Shown: positions 10,353-20,571 of the stretch, piece after piece
How the letters are laid out: the number at the start of each line of letters is the position of its first letter
How positions within the stretch are numbered: the first letter of the stretch is position 1
From: Clostridiaceae bacterium
GTDB lineage: Bacteria; Bacillota; Clostridia; Saccharofermentanales; UBA5734
Assembly: GCA_012729935.1 (NCBI GenBank)
Contig: JAAYBY010000107.1
Span: forward strand, 1 to 36,135
Direction: 5' to 3'
DNA length: 36,135 nucleotides
Notes under the pieces: model-generated
The model's database searches: none
What the model saw: the letters and a program-made list of their open reading frames with translations, nothing else
Told to the model about the DNA's origin: nothing
Translations under genes and position numbers: made by a program

Positions 10353-10381
10353 ATTATAGACAGCCCGTGTAGTCAAGTCAA
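10353..10381 (-). promoter_or_regulatory. recA sigma-A promoter (-35 TTGACT 10381-10376, 17-nt spacer, -10 TATAAT 10358-10353)
   Basis: Near-consensus hexamers with exact 17-nt spacing, read on the minus strand. Confidence 0.8.
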
Positions 10382-10434
10382 GCAGCTGTCAGACGCCAAA
10401 ACCAGTCAAAAGACAGCCAACTGAATGATTTCGC

Positions 10435-12078
10435 TTATTTTTTTATTGACTTGATCAAAACTGACAAGCGGCCAGCCAGTTGGCGTATCTTTTCCTGAAC
10501 CATCTTTGACTCGTGCAGTCCGATCATCCAGGCGATCGTCAAATAAGCGGCGAATCCGAGCAACGCCCGGCCACCATACCAGGCCAGCTGCCAGAACTTT
10601 CCTGCCGGTGATATCGGCAGCTGCGCGAGCAGCAGAATAGCAATCATCAAAACTGAGGTGCACAGCAGCAGACGGATGATAAATGGCCAGATGCGACGGG
10701 GTGCAGCATTCTTAAAACCTTTTCGATAGAGCGTATACAACAGGAAAGCACTTATCAGGCTTGTCAGCATGTAGGACAAAGAAAGCGCTGAAACGCTGAG
10801 TGCCTCGTTTTTGGTCAAAAAATAGCAGAAAATGGTATTTAGCAGCAGCGACAAGATGCCGTTATACAGGGCAATGTGCGTGATTCGTCTGGCATAGAAG
10901 GCATGATTAGTGATAAAGACGACACTTTGGGCAACCATGGCGATACAATACCAGCGCAGAATGGCAGCAGTTGCAACCACTGCCTGTTCCGAGTAATGGC
11001 TGCTCCATTGAAAGATCGCCCGTATGGTGTCTGCCTGCATCACCAGGAAAATCGCTGCTGCCGGGAAAATCAGGAACAAGGCCGAACGCAGGCTCTGTGT
11101 ATAAATGGTTCTGGCTTGCTTTTGGCTTTTGGAGGCGCAGGCGGCTGCCAGTGATGGCAGCATCACGTTGCCGATCGCTACGACAATGACACCATACGGC
11201 AGCTGCCAGGTTGTCGTTGCCTGTCTGAGCGCCGTTGCTGCACCGTCAAACTGAGTGGCAAAGCGAGTCAGAATAATGGAATTCAGCTGGATGATTGATC
11301 CGGATATCAACGTGGGAATGGCCAGTCGAAGTAATTTCCGAAAGCCGGAATCATGTATATCCAACGAGAAAACGTACTGTCTGAATTCTTTTCTCGCCAG
11401 AAAAAACTGGATCAGAAAAAAGACAAGCGCTGAAATCATTACGCCAAAAGCCACCCGGATAGGGCCGTTTACAGTCGCCTGCCCGAGAATCACCATCGAC
11501 AATACAACACAGGTGTTATAAATCGATGGTCCAAATGACGTTGATCCGAATTTTTTATATGCGTTGAGTATACCGATGCACAAAGCGGCAAGCATCATGA
11601 AAAAGACTTGCGGGAATAGTGCGCGTGTCACCCGTATCGCTAAGGCGATTGTCTGGGGATTTTTGCCGACATTGTACGTTTTAATCAGCAGAGGTGCCAG
11701 CAGCTCACCCAGAACGACCGCCAGAACCATCACCACAGCAGCAGTGTTGATGAAAATGCTGATGCTCCGCCATCCGGCTTTTTCTCGCTTGCGTTCAATG
11801 GCGCGAGCTAACGTCGGGGTGATTGCAGCTTGAATTGCGCCGCCAACCAGCAATTGATAAAACAGATCAGGAATCTGAAAACCGATAATAAAGGCATCAG
11901 ATTCGACACCCAGTCCGCCAAATATCGGCACAATCAGGATTTCACGCAGCTGACCTGTCAGTTTACTGAGCAACAGTCCGATCATCATCAGGACTGTTGC
12001 GGTTGATCGGGTCATCCGTTTCTTCTCATCAGGCGGAGTGATGGTTACCGGGCGTATCATGTCAGATGGCTGACTCAT
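10435..12078 (-). CDS. murJ: Lipid II flippase MurJ/MviN (MOP superfamily)
   Basis: 547 aa with about 14 TM segments. MurJ-like N-terminus (LLSKLTGQLREILIVPIFG). Strong AGGAGG RBS 7 nt before ATG 12078, inside the cinA 3' end. Confidence 0.85.
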   Translation of the reverse strand: MSQPSDMIRPVTITPPDEKKRMTRSTATVLMMIGLLLSKLTGQLREILIVPIFGGLGVESDAFIIGFQIPDLFYQLLVGGAIQAAITPTLARAIERKREKAGWRSISIFINTAAVVMVLAVVLGELLAPLLIKTYNVGKNPQTIALAIRVTRALFPQVFFMMLAALCIGILNAYKKFGSTSFGPSIYNTCVVLSMVILGQATVNGPIRVAFGVMISALVFFLIQFFLARKEFRQYVFSLDIHDSGFRKLLRLAIPTLISGSIIQLNSIILTRFATQFDGAATALRQATTTWQLPYGVIVVAIGNVMLPSLAAACASKSQKQARTIYTQSLRSALFLIFPAAAIFLVMQADTIRAIFQWSSHYSEQAVVATAAILRWYCIAMVAQSVVFITNHAFYARRITHIALYNGILSLLLNTIFCYFLTKNEALSVSALSLSYMLTSLISAFLLYTLYRKGFKNAAPRRIWPFIIRLLLCTSVLMIAILLLAQLPISPAGKFWQLAWYGGRALLGFAAYLTIAWMIGLHESKMVQEKIRQLAGRLSVLIKSIKK

Positions 12079-13336
12079 TCATCACCCTCCTGATCAGTCG
12101 ATAAGCATTTAAAGCTGCCAGCGTTCGTATCCGTTCACGGTTGCCAACAAGCTTCAGTGATTCAGTCTGTGTATGGCCGTGTCCGGCTACAGCGAGAAAG
12201 ACAGTCCCGACCGGTTTTTCAACTGTTCCGCCATCTGGTCCGGCGATACCGGTAACAGCGACTGCCCAGTCCGATTTAAAGAGTTTAAGACATCCTGACG
12301 CCATTGCGACAGCACACTTTTCGCTCACCGCTCCGTCTCGTTCAAAGATTCCACTGTCGACACCCAGGACATCTCTTTTGATTGCATTCTGATAAGCAAC
12401 CAAACCGCCTGCAAAAACATGTGAGGCATTCGGATAATCTGTCAGTTGCTTGGCTATCAGACCACCCGTGCAGGACTCCGCAAAACTGATCGTCTGACCT
12501 GCCGCGGACAGCAGGTCACGAACCACTTCCGGCAACGTGCGTCGGCCGATTTCATAAATGTAAGGACCAGCACGCTTCTTGATCTCTTCAAGAAGCGGTT
12601 GAATCAGATCTTCATCTTCCGTGTTGCTCAACGACTGTGTGATCCGAAATATGACCTCACCGGTTGAGGCATACGGAGCCAGGGTCGGATTCTGTTGCTG
12701 ATCGATCAGATCGCGCAATAACGTTTCTGCCGCTGATTCACCAATGCCGGCCATTCTGACGAAGACATGCTTCAGCCGACTTGTGATCTGGCCGGTCAGC
12801 CAGGGTAAGACGAAGTCATGGAACATCGGCTGCATTTCAGCCGGTGGACCGGGCAGCAATACGAAATGACAGTCATCTTTCATTGTTTTCATGCTGATGA
12901 TGCAGCCCGGTGCTGTTCCGTGATGATTTGGCAACGGCTGGCACGTTTCCGGTAATAATGCCTGCTTCCAATTATTTTCTGTTATATGTGTACGGTTCAT
13001 TTTCGCAAAATAGGCTGCTATTGCGTCTTTGCTCGGCTGATGAAGCTGCAGCGGTACACCGGCGACTTCGGCCGTACAAGCCATGGTGATATCGTCCTGA
13101 GTGGGTCCAAGTCCGCCGGTCAGAAAGATGTAATCGGATCGGCTGACGGCTGTCCGCAGCACTTGCTTTAAACGATCCGGATTGTCGCCGACGACCGTCT
13201 GATAATAAACATAGACACCGGCGAGACTTAATTGACCGGATAGCCAGGCTGCGTTCGTATTGACAATCTGTCCGAGCAGCAGTTCAGTACCAACGCAGAT
13301 GATTTCAGCTTTCGCGCTCTTCGTCCCCTTCATCAT
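12062..13336 (-). CDS. cinA: Competence/damage-inducible protein CinA (MoCF-like domain + nicotinamide-nucleotide amidase PncC domain)
   Basis: N-terminal AEIICVGTELLLGQIVNTNA...TGGLGPTQDDIT and a C-terminal CinA/PncC domain (SFAESCTGGLIA...GIAGPDGG). Confidence 0.92.
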   Translation of the reverse strand: MMKGTKSAKAEIICVGTELLLGQIVNTNAAWLSGQLSLAGVYVYYQTVVGDNPDRLKQVLRTAVSRSDYIFLTGGLGPTQDDITMACTAEVAGVPLQLHQPSKDAIAAYFAKMNRTHITENNWKQALLPETCQPLPNHHGTAPGCIISMKTMKDDCHFVLLPGPPAEMQPMFHDFVLPWLTGQITSRLKHVFVRMAGIGESAAETLLRDLIDQQQNPTLAPYASTGEVIFRITQSLSNTEDEDLIQPLLEEIKKRAGPYIYEIGRRTLPEVVRDLLSAAGQTISFAESCTGGLIAKQLTDYPNASHVFAGGLVAYQNAIKRDVLGVDSGIFERDGAVSEKCAVAMASGCLKLFKSDWAVAVTGIAGPDGGTVEKPVGTVFLAVAGHGHTQTESLKLVGNRERIRTLAALNAYRLIRRVMNESAI

Positions 13337-14492
13337 TCTCTTCTCCTGTCCTGTCTGATTCTTCAGTCATTCGATTATCACTGTTGAAAGACTCCAGCTG
13401 GTTATTGACCTGCCGCGCATGATACAGACATCTCTCTAATTCTTTGAGCGTCCGCGTCAGACGGCCGTGTGTCTGGTTTAGACTGGATTCATAGTGTCTA
13501 AAATCGATTTGCAGCTGAGTCAGTGTCTGGGCAATCTCAAGTGAACGCTGTTCCATGCTCTGCAATCTGAAAACAGCCTGAAGCCCTGCAAGAATAGATG
13601 CCATCGAAGTTGGCCCGGCCAGTAAAACACGGTACTGGCGATAGAGATCGCCGGCCAGTGAACCATCACGCATGACCTCTGCAAACAGCGTTTCTCCAGG
13701 CAGATACAAAATCGCGAAATCAGTTGTTTGAGGCGGCAGTATGTATCGTTCAGATATTTTTTTGGCTTCCTGTCGCAACCGGCCGGTCAGCTCCTTTAAA
13801 AAGACGGCCGCTGCCGCGTCATCATCTGCTTCGCGCGCAGACAAAAGTCGATTGAGATAATCCAGCGGAAACTTGGCATCGATCGGCAGCCAGACAGTTG
13901 ACCCGTCAGCGGGATTTTCTGACAAACGAATTGCGGCATCGACCGCTTCCCGTGAACCAGAACGCAGTACTGCCTGCATCTGATACTGTGTCGGAGAAAG
14001 CATGTCTGCCAGCAGCTGCTCAAGCTGCAATTCGCCGATAACACCTCGGCCGCGTATGGATCCCAGCGCCTGTTTCAGTGAACGAACATCACCGGAAACA
14101 GCTTGCATTTCCCGCAAGTGACCGGCAATCTGGTTCATCTGCACCTGAACCGATGTCCGGATACCATCCAGCAATTGTTGGTTTCCTCTGCTGGCTTCCT
14201 GCAGCTGATTCAGAAACATCGCATTGATGTCCCGTTGATCGCGGTTTGATTCCATAATCCGCTGTGCAGCTGTTTGTTGAATCCGTTCATTATCCTGGTT
14301 AAGCTGAGTCAGCATCTGACGAAGGTTGTTATCCTGCTCTCTTTTATACGACAGGCTGCGCTGAAGCCGAATAATCAGAATAATCAGGACTGCGATCAGG
14401 ACAACGAATATGACGGATAGCATAAAAACCAGGCTGTCCGAACTGATTGAAGGCCACACTGTTTCTAAAGAAACTGCCACGTCATACCTCAC
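13305..14492 (-). CDS. rmuC: DNA recombination protein RmuC
   Basis: N-terminal TM helix, a coiled coil, then the RmuC nuclease-like core (LPIDAKFPLDYL..., FAILYLPGETLFAE). The start is uncertain among GTG 14492, GTG 14480 (preceded by GAGG) and ATG 14423. Confidence 0.85.
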   Translation of the reverse strand: MRYDVAVSLETVWPSISSDSLVFMLSVIFVVLIAVLIILIIRLQRSLSYKREQDNNLRQMLTQLNQDNERIQQTAAQRIMESNRDQRDINAMFLNQLQEASRGNQQLLDGIRTSVQVQMNQIAGHLREMQAVSGDVRSLKQALGSIRGRGVIGELQLEQLLADMLSPTQYQMQAVLRSGSREAVDAAIRLSENPADGSTVWLPIDAKFPLDYLNRLLSAREADDDAAAAVFLKELTGRLRQEAKKISERYILPPQTTDFAILYLPGETLFAEVMRDGSLAGDLYRQYRVLLAGPTSMASILAGLQAVFRLQSMEQRSLEIAQTLTQLQIDFRHYESSLNQTHGRLTRTLKELERCLYHARQVNNQLESFNSDNRMTEESDRTGEENDEGDEERES

Positions 14493-15348
14493 CGGTCAAT
14501 TTTTCGATACGCAGAAATGCATCAAGCGTATTCTGCAGCAACATGGCAATAGTCATCGGTCCAACTCCGCCGGGAACAGGTGTAATGGCACCGGCAACAG
14601 TTGAAACCGATTCAAAATCAACATCACCTGCCAGTTTTCCATCGCTGCAGCGGTTGACACCAACATCGATGACTGTCGCACCGGGTTTGATAAAGTCAGC
14701 TGTAATCATGCGGGCTCTTCCAACAGCAGCGATCAGAATGTCAGCTTGGCGACAGAGTTCAGGCAAATTTTGCGTTCTGGAATGGGCTGTTGTGACGGTC
14801 GCGTTTTCACGAAGCATCAACTGGGCCATCGGCTTACCGACAATGTTACTTCTGCCGACAATGACACAGTGTTGACCGGCAATCGGAATTTTATAGGCTT
14901 TCAACATTGCCAGAACACCCAACGGTGTACAGGGCACAGGTGCTTCTCTTCCCAAAAACAGCAGTCCTGCATTGAGCGGATGAAAACCATCTACATCTTT
15001 TTCGGGTTTGATTGCTGCTGTTGCCGTAAAAGCGTCAAACTGATCCGGCAAGGGTAATTGACAGAGTATGCCGTGGATGGATTCATCCCTATTCAGCTGT
15101 TCAATCAAGGCCATCAGCTCCAGCTGAGAACTATCACGTGACAGCCGATGAACGGACGACCTGATTCCAGCTGCCTGGCAGGCTTTCTCCTTATTGTTGA
15201 CATAGACGGTCGATGCCGGATCCTCACCCACCTGAATGACCGCAAGTCCGGGTCGCTTATGTGTCTTCAAGTGATACGCTTCAACAGCCCTGGCGGTTTT
15301 TTCCCGCAATGTCTGTGCCAGTTCTTTGCCTCTGATGATGGTGCTCAT
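14482..15348 (-). CDS. folD: Bifunctional methylenetetrahydrofolate dehydrogenase/methenyl-THF cyclohydrolase FolD
   Basis: Typical FolD motifs (PGLAVIQVGEDPASTVYVNNK, GILCQLPLP, VVGRSNIVGKPMA, TPVPGGVGPMT). Start set at ATG 15348 (MSTIIRGKE...), preceded by a GAGGA RBS. Confidence 0.95.
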   Translation of the reverse strand: MSTIIRGKELAQTLREKTARAVEAYHLKTHKRPGLAVIQVGEDPASTVYVNNKEKACQAAGIRSSVHRLSRDSSQLELMALIEQLNRDESIHGILCQLPLPDQFDAFTATAAIKPEKDVDGFHPLNAGLLFLGREAPVPCTPLGVLAMLKAYKIPIAGQHCVIVGRSNIVGKPMAQLMLRENATVTTAHSRTQNLPELCRQADILIAAVGRARMITADFIKPGATVIDVGVNRCSDGKLAGDVDFESVSTVAGAITPVPGGVGPMTIAMLLQNTLDAFLRIEKLTGEV

Positions 15349-15419
15349 ATGTGTTCCTCTTTCTGTACGTTCGCCAGCCACAGCTGACTCTATTTGACTG
15401 TCAGGTTTCGGTTCAATGA

Positions 15420-17321
15420 TTATCTTCTGCGTTTCATTATATTGGTGTCCGGGATCAGGGCGTCCGGTCCGCGCCCGATCAGATCCGTTCGTCCTGCGGT
15501 TTGTAAAGCTTGAATGACCAACGGGCGATTCTTATTCAGAGTAGGCTGTAACAATGCCCGCTGCAGCCTTTTTTCTCTTTCATCTGGTATATGAACCGGG
15601 TTAAGTGTGAATGGATCAAGTCCGGTGTAATACATGGCTGTCGACAGTGTTCCCGGCGTCGGATAAAAATCCTGAACCTGTTCCGGTACACGTTTTTCCC
15701 GCTTGAGAAAAAGGGCTAGTTCGATTGCATCATCCAGTGTGCTGCCTGGATGTCCTGAAATCAGATACGGAACCAGAAACTGGCGGCGCTTCAGTCGTTC
15801 ATTGGTCAAACGGTAACGTTCAGAGAAATGGTTATAGGTTTCAACGCCAGGTTTTCCCATTGCCTTCAGGACGGATGGGCTGATATGCTCTGGGGCAATC
15901 TTCAGCTGGCCGCTGATGTGATACCTGCATAACGTTTCCAGATATCTTTCTGCCTGAGGATCAGCCATAAAAATATCGTATCGAATACCCGAACTGATAA
16001 ATACTTTGCGGATTCCGGGCAGGGCTCGAATCTGGTCCAGAAGTTTGAAATATGCCTGGTGGTCAACTGACAGCTGTTTGCAGGGTGAAGGATGCAGGCA
16101 GGCACGTTCATGGCAGACCGCTCCGTTTGACTGCTTCTCACAGGCAGGTGCGTGAAAATTAGCCGTAGGTCCGCCAACATCTGTTATGATGCCCTTAAAA
16201 TCAGGCATCTGGCTGATGCGTTCCGCTTCAGCCAAAATCGACTGATCACTCCGTGCGCGGACGATGCGTCCCATATGATGACCGATGGCACAAAAGCTGC
16301 ATCCGCCATAACAGCCCCGATGGGCTGTTATGCTGAAACGCACGGTCTCAATCGCCGGCACGCCGCCCTTTTTTGCATAAACCGGGTGTTCAGATCGTTC
16401 ATAGGGCAACCCATAGACGTGATCCAGGTCACTGGTTGTCAGATAAGGGCGAACAGGATTCTGCACCACATATCGATCCCGGTGAGCCTGGATAAAGGTC
16501 AGTGCGGATGCCGGATCCTGATAGCGTTCAAGCATGCGCGAAGTGACCGCATAAGCAACACGGTTCGTACGCAACTGGTCAGCAGAGGGTAAAAGAATCA
16601 GATGTCCGCTGCGCGGCAAATCTACCGGTTTGCTCAGTTCTTCGGGATCAGCCTCGAAAAAACGCTCTGTTACGCGACCAATAAAATCAGCCATTTGACG
16701 CGGCATCTGTTCCTGATGAACCAGTACAGCGGTTCCCTTGACCGCTACAAGTCGTTTAACCGGTATACCGCGGGCAAGAAATCCGGCAATTTCCAGAAGG
16801 GTGTTTTCGCCTTCACCGTATATCAGAATGTCAGCTGTACTGTCCTGCAATATGCTGTTGCGCACAGAATTCGACCAGTAGTCATAATGAGCAAAACGCC
16901 GCAGACCTGCTTCGACACCGCCAATAATCAGCGGAATCGAACCGAATTGCTCGCGCACCATCTGCCCATAGCGAATCAGTGCGCGATCCGGCCGAAATCC
17001 ACTTATCCCGCCAGGACTATACACGTCAGTCGAGCGTTTTCGTTTTGCCGCGGTATAGTGATTGACCATCGAATCGACGACACCCGATGAAGCCAGAACA
17101 CCAAGTTTCGGTCGGCCCATCAACTGAAGACTCTGCGGGTCGTTTACATCAGGCTGGGCGATGATGCCGACCCGATAGCCGGCATCTACAAGCAAACGCG
17201 TCAAAATGGCACAGCCGAACGACGGATGATCAATGTAGGCATCGCCGCTGATGAAAAGAAAATCAAGTTCATCCCATCCATAGGCAATCATTTCCGAACG
17301 GTTGATCGGCAAGTGTGCCAT
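15420..17321 (-). CDS. ygiQ: YgiQ-family (UPF0313) radical SAM protein
   Basis: 633 aa with the YgiQ-type N-terminus (WDELDFLFISGDAYIDHPSFG) and radical-SAM cluster motif CYGGCSFCAI. Confidence 0.85.
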   Translation of the reverse strand: MAHLPINRSEMIAYGWDELDFLFISGDAYIDHPSFGCAILTRLLVDAGYRVGIIAQPDVNDPQSLQLMGRPKLGVLASSGVVDSMVNHYTAAKRKRSTDVYSPGGISGFRPDRALIRYGQMVREQFGSIPLIIGGVEAGLRRFAHYDYWSNSVRNSILQDSTADILIYGEGENTLLEIAGFLARGIPVKRLVAVKGTAVLVHQEQMPRQMADFIGRVTERFFEADPEELSKPVDLPRSGHLILLPSADQLRTNRVAYAVTSRMLERYQDPASALTFIQAHRDRYVVQNPVRPYLTTSDLDHVYGLPYERSEHPVYAKKGGVPAIETVRFSITAHRGCYGGCSFCAIGHHMGRIVRARSDQSILAEAERISQMPDFKGIITDVGGPTANFHAPACEKQSNGAVCHERACLHPSPCKQLSVDHQAYFKLLDQIRALPGIRKVFISSGIRYDIFMADPQAERYLETLCRYHISGQLKIAPEHISPSVLKAMGKPGVETYNHFSERYRLTNERLKRRQFLVPYLISGHPGSTLDDAIELALFLKREKRVPEQVQDFYPTPGTLSTAMYYTGLDPFTLNPVHIPDEREKRLQRALLQPTLNKNRPLVIQALQTAGRTDLIGRGPDALIPDTNIMKRRR

Positions 17322-17323
17322 GC

Positions 17324-19990
17324 TCAGTTTTTCTCCCCTGTTTTCAAAGATTCATACTGAGTCTGTGTGATGAGCAGCTTGCGCGGTTTGCTGCCTTCAA
17401 AGGGTCCAATGTACCCCTGATCATGCAGTGCATCAATCAGGCGGGCAGCCCGGGGGTAGCCAACGTTCAGGCGGCGTTGCAGCAAAGAAACGGATGCGTA
17501 TCCGGTTTGAACAACAATCTCCAGCGCCTGGGGCACCAGTTCGTCCTGAATATCTTCTTTTGTTTTGCCCGTTTGTGACGACTGCGCCGTCATGATCGCA
17601 TCTGAAACTGTCGAATCATAATCAGCTGCGTGCTGGTTTTTGATGTAATTGAGAACCTGTTCGACTTCCGAATCTGTGACAAAAGCACCTTGTCCGCGAA
17701 CCGGCTTGGTTGCACTTTGTGGATAATACAGCAAATCACCTTTTCCCAGAAGTTTTTCAGCTCCACCCATGTCCAGAATCGTTCTCGAGTCGACCTGGGA
17801 TGCGACAGCAAACGCAATACGCGACGGAATATTGGCTTTGATGACACCGGTGATGACATCAACGGAAGGGCGCTGAGTGGCAATGATTAAATGAATTCCG
17901 GCGGCGCGTGCCATCGCTGTCAGCCGGGCGATTGAATCCTCCACCTCTGTCGGGGAGGTTGCCATCAGATCAGACAACTCATCAATGACCAGCAGAATCA
18001 GAGGCAAATGTTCATAGACATCTGCGTCTGTTTGATTGTTCTCGTCCTCTTCTGGCTGTCTGCTGCTTTTACTGGCAACTGACGAGGCACGGTAGGAATT
18101 AAAATCCCGGACAGATTTCTCAGCAAACAGGCCATAACGCCTGACCATTTCCTGCACAGCCCAGTTCAGCGTGTTAGCTGCCTTCTTCGGATCTGTCACA
18201 ACAGGAGCCAGCAGATGTGGTATACCGTTATAGACACTTAACTCAACGACCTTCGGATCTATCATCAGCATTTTCACGTTATCTGGAGAGGACCGAAAAA
18301 GGATGCTCATCAGAATAGCGTTGATGCAGACCGATTTACCGGAACCAGTGGCACCGGCGATTAGAAGATGAGGCATTTTGGCGATATCACACAGAATCGG
18401 GCTGCCCTGAATGTCCCGGCCAAGTGCCGCTGCCAAAGGTGATGTGCTGCTCTGAAATTCCGGCGATTCCAAGAGACTTCGCAGCAATACCGGTTGGGTT
18501 TCCTTGTTGGGAATTTCAATGCCGATTGCAGATTTTCCGGGAATGGGTGCTTCAATCCGGACACCAAGTGCAGCCAGACTTAATGCGATGTCATCAGAAA
18601 GACTGACAATTCGGCTGACCTTGACGCCCGGTCCGGGGCTTAGTTCAAATCGGGTAATCGTCGGTCCGGTTGTCACATGAACAACATGTGCCTGAATGCC
18701 AAAACTTTCAAGTGTCTGTTCGAGCTTGAGTCCCAGCGCTTTAACAGACGAGTTCCGGTTTGGTCCACTCTGTGGGATTTCGTGCCGCAGCAGTCTCAGC
18801 GGCGGAGCCTGATAGGGTAAATCGAGACTTAACTGGGTGCCGGGTGCAGCAGGTATTCTTTTTGCAGAATGCTCCGTATCTGAAATCGGCTCCGTTCGAT
18901 CGGTCCAGTGTTCACGACTGCCGGAAACCGGATCCTCATGTTTTGCAACTGTGTCTGCCGGAGCGGAGACCCGATGAACACCGGCTGGCAGAACGACATG
19001 ATCATCAGTTCCATCCCGGGGAGATGAAACGGTTACATTAAAAGGTGACGTCTGACTCAGTGACCGTATTGCCTGTTCGCCCGTCTGTTCAACATGTTTC
19101 GCCGTATTTTTCTCCTGACCCGCATCAAGAAACGGCGGCACTGATAATTCCGCTTCGCTCAGCGTCGGCAATTCATCAACATAATTGGGTTGAAACAGCT
19201 TTTTCAGGCTTTCGAGAAGTGTCGGCCGATGTTCGTTTAAAGGATGATCCTGACTCGCCTGACTGCCCTCGGAATGACCAGACTCTTTATCTGACGGCTC
19301 GGTTTTCAGCTGCAGATCAAAGCTTTTGGGATCCACCGTATCTTGTGCCGTGCGCATTTCTGTTACACGATCCCGAACAGCCTGATCCATCTTTTGACCG
19401 GTTGTTTTGATCGCGTCCGCTGTATGACCGAACAGTCGTGATGGTGAAACATTAAACAACAGGATCATTAAGGAAATAATCAGCGCGATCGTCAAAATGA
19501 TCGAGCCGACGGTTCCCGCAACGGCATGGAAACCAAGTGCTGCGCCTCCCCCGAGCAGACCGCCGCTAAACGTGCGCTGTCCGCTTTCAACGATTTGCGG
19601 ATCCTGTCCACTCTGCCAGAGAAGCCGGATCGCCTGCCAGGCCGGCCGTGGTTGATCGATTGTTTTTAATCGGATCGCATTAAGATCTGTTGACAACAGA
19701 TGGAAAAGTGCCGCAACTGAAATAAACAGGATGACGACCGCAGTAAAGCGGCGATGCGTGAGAATTGAATTCTTTTCCAGCAGATAATCGATAGCCATAT
19801 AGAGTGCAAGGACCGGAAGCGCATATGAGACGGCGCCGAAAAGACCAAAACCGCCTGACTGAACAACCATGCCCAGCCAGCCACTGCGGGCAGGCGGCAG
19901 ATAAAAAGCCACGCCCAGGATAACAGCGATTGCCAGAAAAATAACACCATTAATTTCACGTCTTTTGTCAACTGATTTTTTTCTTGCCAT
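17324..19990 (-). CDS. ftsK: DNA translocase FtsK/SpoIIIE
   Basis: 888 aa. N-terminal TM segments, a low-complexity linker, a motor domain with Walker A GATGSGKSV and Walker B LLVIDELSDL, and a C-terminal gamma winged-helix (LLQRRLNVGYPRAARLIDAL). Confidence 0.95.
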   Translation of the reverse strand: MARKKSVDKRREINGVIFLAIAVILGVAFYLPPARSGWLGMVVQSGGFGLFGAVSYALPVLALYMAIDYLLEKNSILTHRRFTAVVILFISVAALFHLLSTDLNAIRLKTIDQPRPAWQAIRLLWQSGQDPQIVESGQRTFSGGLLGGGAALGFHAVAGTVGSIILTIALIISLMILLFNVSPSRLFGHTADAIKTTGQKMDQAVRDRVTEMRTAQDTVDPKSFDLQLKTEPSDKESGHSEGSQASQDHPLNEHRPTLLESLKKLFQPNYVDELPTLSEAELSVPPFLDAGQEKNTAKHVEQTGEQAIRSLSQTSPFNVTVSSPRDGTDDHVVLPAGVHRVSAPADTVAKHEDPVSGSREHWTDRTEPISDTEHSAKRIPAAPGTQLSLDLPYQAPPLRLLRHEIPQSGPNRNSSVKALGLKLEQTLESFGIQAHVVHVTTGPTITRFELSPGPGVKVSRIVSLSDDIALSLAALGVRIEAPIPGKSAIGIEIPNKETQPVLLRSLLESPEFQSSTSPLAAALGRDIQGSPILCDIAKMPHLLIAGATGSGKSVCINAILMSILFRSSPDNVKMLMIDPKVVELSVYNGIPHLLAPVVTDPKKAANTLNWAVQEMVRRYGLFAEKSVRDFNSYRASSVASKSSRQPEEDENNQTDADVYEHLPLILLVIDELSDLMATSPTEVEDSIARLTAMARAAGIHLIIATQRPSVDVITGVIKANIPSRIAFAVASQVDSRTILDMGGAEKLLGKGDLLYYPQSATKPVRGQGAFVTDSEVEQVLNYIKNQHAADYDSTVSDAIMTAQSSQTGKTKEDIQDELVPQALEIVVQTGYASVSLLQRRLNVGYPRAARLIDALHDQGYIGPFEGSKPRKLLITQTQYESLKTGEKN

Positions 19991-20001
19991 GGTCGCTCTC
20001 C

Positions 20002-20565
20002 TTATGACCGGATCAGTGTCGGATCCTGATCAATCCTGCGACAGGCCGTTAACAGAGCTGCCAGCGTTTTTGCATCGCCAATCTGATCCAAATCAATCAT
20101 TGCGAGCAGTTCGTCAAGCGGCACCCATTCGCAGGTCAGAAATTCACCTTGATCCAAGTGAGCCTTGCCGGCTGTCAGGTCAGTCGCCAGATATAGATGC
20201 AGCGTCTCACTGCAATATCCAGGTGATGGATTGAGGGTTGCAAGTTTTTGGTAACAGCGCGCAGTGAGTCCGGTCTCTTCTGACAGTTCTCGCCTGGCGC
20301 AATCGAGCGGATCTTCGCCAGGCTCCAGCTTACCGGCAGGTATTTCCAGCATAACGCGATCCAGCGCTTTGCGGTACTGCCGAACCATGGCAACTCGTCT
20401 GTCCGCGTCAATCGCAAGGACACAGGCACCACCGCTGTGGCGAACGATCTCACGTTCTGACACCTGGCCGTCCGGTAATGTCACAGCATGAACTTCCACA
20501 GTAAATACCCGGCCGGCAAATGGCTTGTCGATCATCAGGCTTGATTCCTCAAACAAAACGTTCAC
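20002..20565 (-). CDS. nudF: ADP-ribose pyrophosphatase (Nudix hydrolase)
   Basis: Nudix box GKLEPGEDPLDCARRELSEETGL. The N-terminal FEESSLMIDKPFAGRV resembles the NudF N-terminus, so the GTG 20565 start is kept. Confidence 0.85.
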   Translation of the reverse strand: MNVLFEESSLMIDKPFAGRVFTVEVHAVTLPDGQVSEREIVRHSGGACVLAIDADRRVAMVRQYRKALDRVMLEIPAGKLEPGEDPLDCARRELSEETGLTARCYQKLATLNPSPGYCSETLHLYLATDLTAGKAHLDQGEFLTCEWVPLDELLAMIDLDQIGDAKTLAALLTACRRIDQDPTLIRS

Positions 20566-20571
20566 CCTTTC

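Noticed and set aside
10384-10424. Possible terminator hairpin after murJ (GCTGTC...GACAGC)
   Set aside because: Only about 6-8 bp with a 19-nt loop and no T-run. It also overlaps the recA -35 region, so it is not convincing as an intrinsic terminator.
16152-17090. Two plus-strand ORFs of 146 and 162 aa
   Set aside because: Both are antisense to the radical-SAM ygiQ gene, which has clear motifs. Neither has an RBS or any domain signature.
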